8,356 nucleotides of DNA, taken from positions 1-8,356 of the forward strand of contig JBJCIZ010000963.1 of NCBI GenBank assembly GCA_051294375.1. Direction: 5' to 3'. Of the stretch, positions 1 through 7,450 are shown one piece after another. Made by a program: the position numbers and the translations under genes. This DNA is from Paraspadella gotoi (taxonomy: Eukaryota; Animalia; Chaetognatha). Each line of letters begins with the position of its first letter. Position 1 is the first letter of the stretch. The notes under the pieces are model-generated. The model worked only from the letters and a program-made list of their open reading frames with translations, was not told the DNA's origin and ran no database searches.

Positions 1-115
1 GCGAAAAAGAGGTTTCATGCTTTTTTTTGGTCAGCCCTGTTTTCCATCAGAAAACCAAATAAAATATTATAAATGTGGTGATATTACGAAAGCGGGGCGT
101 GCTTGGGAAGCCCAT

Positions 116-255
116 GCAGCGGCTGGAGCAATTTTAAACATCGGTCATCTTGATATGGTACGATGGACCAAAGCTGGGACTGTTTATACAGGTTTTAGAT
201 TCCCCGTAACTTGGACTTATTCGTTCTCTTAGACTATACAAAATACATGGGTATG
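116..255 (+). pseudogene. Possible decayed PIF1-like (Helitron/Helentron-type) helicase fragment
   Basis: Translation AAAGAILNIGHLDMVRWTKAGTVYTGF-RFPVTWTYSFS*TI-(frameshift)-KYMGM loosely follows the PIF1 motif order (GA.VML..N....GLVNG..G.V.GF ... QFP..LA.A.TIHK.QG.TL). It needs a stop, a frameshift and an internal deletion, so the match is weak. Confidence 0.22.
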
Positions 256-1340
256 CGTTACACAGTCAGATACGACTCTTATCTTGGCTAAGACAGGGTA
301 TCTTTTTTAAAAAAATTTTACCAAGCTTGCCTTGTTTATTTAACAATCAATTAACTGGTTTTTCGGGCCTTTATTTTCCCACGTATCGCCGTCCCTAACT
401 ATTTCTTTTTAACTGATCGAGTGATACTATAGTGAGGTCTAGTCTGTCATTTTGTTTCCCGGTGAGCCAATCGTGGAGCAATGTGTTTTTAATTTTTGAA
501 ATAGTAGGAGAAATCCGTGACTTTTGTTGGGCTTTGGGATTCTTTTACCACGGCCCTGAATGGCGCATAACTTACGGTTTACCGCAAGAACCACGAGAGC
601 CATGCACTTCGCGTAGAGCCAGGCAGCCGCGGTTCACGAATCAGAGGTTTTGTTTTTATAAACGTTATTCCCGCCCGATTTTTAAAATTTTTTTTATGAA
701 AATTATAATGAAAAGATAGATTTTACGTTAAATATGTACATTTATTGTTATTTTTAAGACAATTTTGAGATTTCGTAAAAAAAGCTTAGAAAAAAACATT
801 TCGTAAAACTTCGGCGTTTTGAGTTACAAACAGTTTGCAAGAATCTTCAACTATTTGCTCTCTGTCGCTCTCCAGCGCGGCAATGCCACCCTGCTGGCTG
901 AGAGGGAGCTTTTTCCTCAAAAGCAACGAACTAACACTCGCTTCTTAATACGAGTACTATAATATTGTCATTTTCGGACTATTTTAAATCTTATTATTGC
1001 AGTTAATTTTATGGAACCTGTCCCATTACAAAAAAAATTATCAAAATATTTAATCTCTAAGATTATAATGGCCCACAAAAAGAAAGTGGTAAGTTGTAAT
1101 ATTTTTTTATACAGCGACTCTTAGTGGAAATTGTTTTGCGGACTTGATGCTTCCATTCGAGGACGCTGTTACGGTTATGACGTTCATACCATGATGGAAA
1201 AAAAATTGTCATGTTACTTTTTAGCTATTTTTAGCATTTTAATATAAGAATCAAAAAATAAAATTTAAAGGTTAAATTTTATTTTATTTTAAAAATCTCT
1301 TAAAAATACTTATTTTTAAACAAAAATTTAAAAAAATATT

Positions 1341-1432
1341 ACCTAATTACCCTAACTCCCTTTTTAATCTTAACCACCTCTAACCTTAAACCACCATTAA
1401 ACTACCTTTAACCCTAACCCCTGCCTAAACCC
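1341..1432. repeat. Degenerate telomere-like (CCTAA/CCCTAA-rich) low-complexity repeat
   Basis: acctaattaccctaactccc...taaccacctctaaccttaaaccacc...taaccctaacccctgcctaaaccc. The + strand has no G at all from 1272 to 1422. Confidence 0.55.
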
Positions 1433-1969
1433 AGTCGGCGAAAGTAAAAGTAACCTAATTTAAATATAAAAAAACTTTAGCTTCATGTGATTCATATGAG
1501 CTGTATCTCATTTATTTTCAATAAAAAATATAACAGTTCCATGCAAAAGAAAAGAGTTGTTTAAAAAATGATTTTTTTTAGTTAAACTATTATTTATCTC
1601 ATGTCAAATAGTTATTGTATTATCTTTATTAGGATGAAGCTTAATTCATATGTAAAAAATAGTATTTAATATATATTAATATTATAATTTGTTAATCTAT
1701 GTTTTTCTTTTAGTGTTGTTTCAGTTAGTGCAGTACTACACAATTTCTTTGATTACATTTTACATGATCTTTGGACTTGTTTATACGTCTCCATCGTCTC
1801 CCGTATTTCTTGCGTATTTGATTTCGTGATTAATTGTAACTGTTTGTTTCATAGTGATTATTACTTTTAAAAATTAGTATTAGTATTTATTGACTGTTTG
1901 AATATGCAGCTTTATTTTAATAAGGTACCCAATTAAATATCAACAAGATGCCAAGTAATTAAGAAACTA

Positions 1970-2699
1970 CCTCGTGTCCGTCCGCGAGTGACACCAAAAA
2001 AATGCGTACCATTTCTCATTGGATGAATATTTTTTAAATTTTCTTCTCTCATCTTATAGCAAAGTACTGGAAGTTTATTATATTTTTATTTCATAAAATT
2101 AATTTTATATTTACATATGTAAAACAACCTTTCTTTAATGGATATACATTTTCATCTTCAGTAAAAAAAAAGAAAATCATTATAAATTAATTACTCATTA
2201 TTTACTCAAAATTATTGAAATTCATTTATACTATTAAATGAAGCATTAACTGAAAATCCTTATGATATAAAATAATTATTCAAGACTGTCAAGAACATGC
2301 TTATGACAGCATTTTTTTCTAATTGGACGAATTATACAAAGAAAACTTAAGCTTTACAAATAAAAAAAAATTATTAAAAAATCATTACTCAAAAATTTTT
2401 AAATATGATGATAAATTAGATACGCTATTAATTAGACCATTGATTGGGGATTTCTCATGTTGTAAAATTGTTCTTTAATGCAATCAAGAACATGCCTAAA
2501 ATGGTTTTTCTTCACCATTTTTTCTGTGTTAGATAAAAAATTAAACATAGAATAGTAAATGAATTAAACACGAAATGAAACTTATACATAAAAAACGTCA
2601 AGTAGTTCTCCAACTAATGATATACTTATGAATTATATTTATCAAATATTTAAAGTATAGTAAAGATTTTTTTGGTGTCACTCGCAAACAGACACGGAG
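1970..2699. mobile_element. Non-autonomous Tc1/mariner-type DNA transposon (MITE), 730 bp
   Basis: 34-bp terminal inverted repeats: cctcgtgtccgtccgcgagtgacaccaaaaaaat (1970-2003) vs the reverse complement of 2666-2699 (ctccgtgtctgtttgcgagtgacaccaaaaaaat), 29/34 identical. TA on both sides (1968-1969, 2700-2701). Very AT-rich interior with no ORF. Confidence 0.88.
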
Positions 2700-3040
2700 T
2701 ATTTAAATAAACATTACGGCGCCTGCGATCCCAGTCTTCAGCACTGTTTCTCTCCCGACGGCTTTTCCCTCTCCGTTAGGAGGGGGTTCTTTTCACCTTC
2801 CGAGAACGTCGCCGTTTCAAAACAGGTTGATTTGCAAGTGATTTAAAATTTATTTGTTTAAAATCCTCATAGCGGTAATGCATCAACTGTTTTTTGCAAG
2901 AAGGATCACTTTAAAATACTGACCTTCAACAGATAATTAACTTTTTGGCTATGATTAATTTATTATTTGGTTGAGAAAAAAGTGACGTGCAATATAATGA
3001 GATCATTGAAGAAACACAATAATTGTAAGTGTGCTTCGTA

Positions 3041-3700
3041 TCAGGCTGTACCACCGTGCTAAAAGCGCCACATCCCACTTAATTGCAAGGAGGCAACCGG
3101 GCTTATATTATTTAAGGTCCTATATTTAGAATTTGCTTGACAACGAATGTCTCTCATTCGCGTTGCCGCCTCCCACCCCTATACTTCACCTAGAATCCCT
3201 ATTTCTAATGTTCCCTTAATTGAGGGAAAAAACTATTGACTAATTGATTATTTAATTTCCTTTATTTAGAATTTGCTCTGACGACGTGTCTCTCGTTTGT
3301 TTCGCTGCCTCCGAACCCGATGACGTCGAATCTCGTCTCCAAAGTTTGACAGCGTCTTTTACTTCACTTCGACGCCGAATTCGTCTCGCTCAACGATGTC
3401 GGCAGATCCTTTTCTGGCGTTTTCAGCAAACCTCCGTCTCCATCGCCACCGCCTCCGTCGCCATCTTGGTTCCATTATTCCACGCCACCACCGTCGCCTC
3501 TTCCTGGCACTTGAGGGCGACAGGGTCGTTCGCCCTCTCTTAAAGAAGAATTCTACTTTGGGCATCGCGTCACCGCCCCTCCCGCCGACGTTTGGGGCAG
3601 CGCTCGCCGGGCAACGCTTGACGATTGGGCTCGCTCCGTGCCGCCGCCGCCGCCGCAACCGCCTTCCCAAGACCAACTATCACTGCGAACTACTAACTTA
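3041..3700 (+). pseudogene. Decayed non-LTR retrotransposon (Jockey/I-like) reverse transcriptase remnant
   Basis: Motifs appear in RT order across frameshifts: SG-VP..VL (3041-3061, GVPQGSVL-like); ttt gct [ct] gac gac = FA-DD (3272-3285); VESRLQ...RIRL...QILF; SV-RHLGSII (3454-3479, SVKYLG-like); HRRL..W (3489-3507, DRRLTW-like); RPLLKKNSTL (3531-3560, YPLL.R.S.L-like); RLTIGLAP (LRIITGAP-like). Confidence 0.6.
3073..3346 (+). repeat. Diverged ~140-bp tandem duplication covering the RT FADD-like motif
   Basis: attatttaaggtcctatatttagaatttgcttgacaacg (from 3107) vs attatttaatttcctttatttagaatttgctctgacgacg (from 3247), offset 140 bp. Similarity extends left (tcccacttaattg / tcccttaattg) and right (gaatccctatttctaatgt / gaatctcgtctccaaagt). 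Confidence 0.85.
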
Positions 3701-3775
3701 ACCATTAATTTTTTTTATTTAAATGGTGAAATTCGGTTAAATTTTTTTTCTTCCAATTTTGATACTTTGGTGTAG

Positions 3776-3820
3776 AATATTATGTTAATATTAATATTAT
3801 GCTATTAATATTATGTTAAT
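3776..3820. repeat. Short AT-rich tandem repeat (aatattatg x3)
   Basis: aatattatgtt-aatatt-aatattatgct-att-aatattatgtt-aat read directly. Confidence 0.6.
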
Positions 3821-3924
3821 TAAATTTTTTTAAAAACAAAGTGAAGCGTTCAAATCAGACTCACGTTTTTTATCATATAAATAGAAGTTTTTATGGTGGA
3901 CTAAAATCCACCAACCATTCATCA

Positions 3925-3997
3925 GCGGCCATTGGTGCCAGAGGCAAGTCATTCGCCTCCCAACCCAAAGGTCCGGGGTTCTAGCCCGGTGGTTGCC
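3925..3997 (+). pseudogene. tRNA-Gly(CCC)-like sequence (SINE head / pseudo-tRNA) with Pol III internal promoter
   Basis: 73 nt. Acceptor stem gcggcca (3925-3931) / tggttgc (3990-3996); A-box-like tggtgccagagg (3933-3944); anticodon loop ctCCCaa (3957-3963) within tcgcctccca, as in eukaryotic tRNA-Gly; T-stem ccggg/cccgg with B-box-like ggttctagccc (3977-3987). The anticodon stem has two C-C mismatches and the D stem is poor, so it is not a functional tRNA. Confidence 0.8.
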
Positions 3998-4005
3998 TAA
4001 TGCCT

Positions 4006-4078
4006 AGCAGTTAAGAGGGACGGGGCACTTAACACGCCTGTAACACGTTACAGCCTGATCCGAAGCTCAGGGACTGCT
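4006..4078 (+). ncRNA. Twister ribozyme-like fold, type-P5 circular permutation (P2 damaged, P1 vestigial)
   Basis: P5 agcagtt (4006-12) / gactgct (4072-78); AA; P2' gagg (4015-18); conserved GA (4019-20); T1' CGGG (4021-24); U|AA (4030-32); P2 cac (4033-35); T2 GC (4036-37); P3 ctgtaac/gttacag (4038-53); P4 cctga/tcagg (4054-58/4067-71) enclosing TCCG-AA-GC. TCCG pairs with CGGG (T1) and GC with GC (T2). Confidence 0.75.
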
Positions 4079-4497
4079 TATATTGAATGGTTCTGTCACT
4101 AACACATAACAATTATGACTGTCTCTTCAAGGCTTTCTTCTTGAGAAAATCAACTTCAATAAGTTTTTTGATGAAACAGGTGTGCAATCACCACCTATGA
4201 AAAAAATATATTTTATACTACTTACTTTATTGCCAACCTTAATCTAAGCTGAGAAGTGCATCAGGACGTTTTAACTCTTAATTCCAAACATTAACTGTTG
4301 ACGCTCATATATTTCAACGATTTATTTTCTGAAATAAAATTTGTAATAAAGTTTTTTAACCATACGAGTGTCATTTTTTTTCATTTTTGCGTAACGTGAT
4401 TTCTATATGTCGCTCATAAGAAACCAAAAACAAATAACCGACCGCAAAATCCTGGTCTGTGAACGAAAAAATAAGCTGAGGACGTCGAGGTGACCAG

Positions 4498-5120
4498 TAA
4501 GGCGTAGTAAATTTTCTAAATTTAACTTTAATTCTTTATAATTTGCAAAATTCTAGAAGTGAGGAACGAACAACATTATATTAATGAACATTTATGTAAT
4601 TAAAAAATTATAATAAATTTACAATTTTCGCAGTAGGCCATATACTAGTAGTAAACCAATAAATGTTAAAATTTCAAAACAGTTTTTTTGTAAGATTTTT
4701 TTGCAGATTTGGATTCGTCATAAAAAGTTGATAAAAAGAAATATAATTTCTTTTTGAAAAATTCCTTCATTAAATGGGTCAACACAATGAGAAAAAGCTA
4801 TATTTTAAGCTGAAAATTAACTTTTTATATATTAAATATAGTTTTTTTTATTTTTAACCCACTTAATGAAGAATTTTTAAAAGGACTTATATATTTTCTT
4901 ATATCAACTTTTTACGAGGAATTCAATCTGCAATCAAAATTAAGAAAAGCCTATTTTAAAAATTTTTTCGATTTTATAAGGTTAGTACTATATATAAATA
5001 TAGCCTCCTGCGAAAATTAAAAAACATAAAATTAATTTTTTTTACAAATTAATGTTCACTGATGGTATGTTGTACATAATTGACTTTTAGATTTCGTACT
5101 GTAACTTTCACTACGCCTTA
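4498..5120. mobile_element. hAT-type non-autonomous fold-back MITE, 623 bp
   Basis: Perfect 11-bp TIR taaggcgtagt (4498-4508) / actacgcctta (5110-5120); 8-bp TSD gtgaccag (4490-4497) / gtgaccat (5121-5128). Internal arms are inverted copies: 4623-33/5008-18, 4701-09/4925-33, 4721-33/4902-14, 4765-73/4863-71; centre ~4820. Confidence 0.88.
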
Positions 5121-5595
5121 GTGACCATGTGAGTCGGTTCTCGGCCCTCTCAAGATGATTCATGTCGCGTCCTACGCATATGATCCACTGGACTCGACCG
5201 GGGGCGACGGTCGCGGCCGGCACCGGGGAACCTGGGCGGCGCCAACGCCGGAGGCAAGTTCGGGGCAGAAGACGCGCGCGTTGCAAAGTAATAAATGTTA
5301 TAAATTAGGGCAAGATGAAAGCCGAAGAATCATCAAAGAGTGCCACGGGAGTCGCTCGTCATCCAATTGTTGACCAATTTATATTAAATTATCATTCTAA
5401 TCACTAATTTAAGTTTTAACCAGTAATCATATTACCTCATTCTCTTAATTGTTTCCTCTATGAATATTTTCTTTCCGTCGTCAGCTCCGTAATTTTCCGT
5501 CTATTCTAATTGGCCCGGAATGAGGATTCGGCTTTTACCGTCGATTCAGTCGGACTAAGGATTAGTACTACGTAGTTCAATTCTATGTTAACCAC

Positions 5596-5840
5596 TTTTT
5601 TGCTCGTTGGAGCGGCGAAGTGATCCCTCGAAGGCGCTATTTTTCGTCGTTTTTTGCCCTATACTTTTGAACGCGAGGACCGATTTTAACGAAATTTTAT
5701 TTTCAGTAAACTAGACGTAATTCCACGTCGTATCGGTACCAACATTTATCGAAATCGAGCCACCAGGAAAAAAGATCAGATGTTTTTTCTTAAAAACACA
5801 AATATCAATTTTAGTTGACTATCCTTTTTTCATTTACAAG
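5596..5840 (+). mobile_element. Possible short non-autonomous DNA element fragment (Helentron-associated/DINE-like or MITE)
   Basis: T-run start followed by gctc...gaag...gcgctatt, then acttttgaacg and ccgattttaacgaaattt (5680-5697) with an imperfect inverted partner at 5741-5758. These are wordings I recognise as common in insect short DNA elements. Flanked by tgttaaccactt (5586-97) / tgttaactactt (5841-52). Confidence 0.3.
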
Positions 5841-5899
5841 TGTTAACTACTTAATTACTACAATTAACATTCCAAAAAGATCGAAACTTGACAGACAAA

Positions 5900-7080
5900 C
5901 CTCGCCAACCCGAATAGGGGACCGAAACAGAAGATCCCTCTCCTCGAGGCCACTCGCCTGCATTCTTCCACCGCTGGTCCGTCTCGAACACATCCTGTTC
6001 CATCGAGTTGCTTGCGAACTAGTCATTTGCGGCGGATACAATAGTCGAGAACGACCCGTCCTCCCTGATCGCAGATCGGCAGCACGACCGCTCAGGCGAC
6101 GCCAACTCGTCTCGCTACGCTCGGTCGTCGAGCTCGGCGAGGCGGCGGGGAGGCGAAGGAGGCACGCTCGACAGAGAGCCGAGACCCGTCTCCATTTCGA
6201 TCCGGAGATGTGCGACCGATGTAGCGGGCAATGGAGTCGGAGCCCGCTGGATCGCCCGGGCTACCTCGGAGAACCCGGGGGCCCGGTGGAAAATTTCCCT
6301 TTTTTTTCTCTCTCTTTCCTCTCTCTCTCCGCTTCCCCCGTCGCCCCGTGGCGGATCCCGAACAGGGCGGGGGCGGGGACACTACTGGGCCCTCGGTCCG
6401 GCGGCTGGTTGGGGGGGGGGGCATACGGGCCGCTCCGCCGGACACGACGTGGCTCGTTCGCGCTCACCTCCGACTCTCCTCCTACGGAGCGTCCGACACG
6501 CCACTCCTCGTCCGCCTTTTCCTAAAGCGGCGACGATACTCTTGCTGTACGCCCTAAAACGTACGGACTTGCCCTCTCCTCCGCACTTTGTCTCGGAACG
6601 CCTCCTCGGGCTCCCGAGGGCGGCCCGATCCCGATGAAGTACTGCTGCTTTAATGTTTGAGTATTGTGCTGGCCAGCGCGCGCTGGCGCTCCCCGACCGG
6701 CGACACGAGGCCACCGCCTGTCGCCCGAGTGGTAGTCAATGAATGAATATTGAGAGAGACACGCTCCGACGCGACCCATGGCTGCGCGATCGACCGTAGC
6801 CGATTCTTGACTGTGAGGCTCGCACGCCCCCGAACCTTCCGGCACCTGGACGAAATCGCCGATCCCGCGCGCTCGGAGCAATGACTGGGAAGACCTGACG
6901 GGACCCGACCCCGGCTCATTCGACGGGGCCCACGGCTCCCACCCGGAGCCGGCCTCTCTCGCTGTCAAACGTCTTCGACCGCATACAGCCGGCAGCTTCC
7001 AAATAATCAATCCCTGTGAAGTGAAAGAGCTCGCGCTCTCGGGCCTTCCGCGACGCGACTAAGGTGGCAGGTGGCACAGT
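5900..7080. promoter_or_regulatory. GC/CpG-rich non-coding island, candidate cis-regulatory or 5'-UTR region
   Basis: Abrupt shift to GC- and CpG-rich sequence. Contains a Rel/Dorsal-like ggaaaatttccc (6288-6299), a (CT)n GAGA-type tract (~6306-6330), GC boxes (6365-6378) and CAGGTG-type E-boxes (6844-6849, 7068-7073). Overlapping ORFs are R/P/G/A/S-biased with no recognisable domain. Confidence 0.35.
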
Positions 7081-7450
7081 TCGTCATACTATACTGAGAG
7101 AACCTCGCGAACCCTTTTTCTCGAAAAATAGGAAGGTTTTATACACTAGTAACACTTCTCTTACTTATCACCTTCGTTAATCATACTTTCATCATACCTT
7201 TGCGCCCTATAACCCTATTATCTTATTTCGCTCACCCAACCGTTCATCAATATTAATCACCCGCCTCCGTCTTTTTTGATGTCTTTCTGGAAGGCACACA
7301 CATTTAAGAGGGTCATCAAACTATTAATTCAAAATTTACAATCAGTATTCTTAAAGAACTAGGGCGACTGACATGTTACCCTGACGAAGACATCGCTTCC
7401 GGCGAACCTCTGCACTCTTGTACCGTTGATCTCAGGCGCGACACCACGAT

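Larger units (their letters stand above)
3913..4115 (+). mobile_element. tRNA-derived SINE-like element carrying a twister ribozyme fold (boundaries approximate)
   Basis: GC-richer island in AT-rich DNA: tRNA-like head with A/B boxes, structured body, short A/C-rich tail (aacacataacaa). Enclosed by the 9-bp inverted repeat aaccattca (3913-3921) / tgaatggtt (4084-4092). No clear TSD seen. Confidence 0.65.

Noticed and set aside
432-719. 95-aa ORF (+)
   Set aside because: GTG start, runs into A/T homopolymer sequence, no recognisable motif.
2998-3008. 11-nt match to the 5' end of bantam miRNA (tgagatcattg)
   Set aside because: The match stops after 11 nt and there is no complementary arm to form a pre-miRNA hairpin.
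3925-3997. Functional tRNA-Gly gene
   Set aside because: Anticodon stem has two C-C mismatches, the D arm does not pair, the T loop is shifted and no T-run terminator follows directly.
4054-4071. Hammerhead ribozyme (ctgat...gaa)
   Set aside because: No CUGAUGA/GAAA core. The same bases fit the twister P4/L4 with a matching T1 partner far better.
3370-6116. Similar ~20-mers cgacgccgaattcgtctcgct (3370) and cgacgccaactcgtctcgct (6097)
   Set aside because: Similarity does not extend on either side; plausible by chance in CpG-rich sequence.
5815-7010. Overlapping ORFs including the 236-aa (5815-6525 +) and 162-aa (6522-7010 -) frames
   Set aside because: R/P/G/A/S-rich translations on both strands, some with non-ATG starts or running through CT and G homopolymer tracts, with no domain. 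This is typical of stop-poor GC-rich non-coding DNA. The lone CDRC is not a full gag zinc knuckle.
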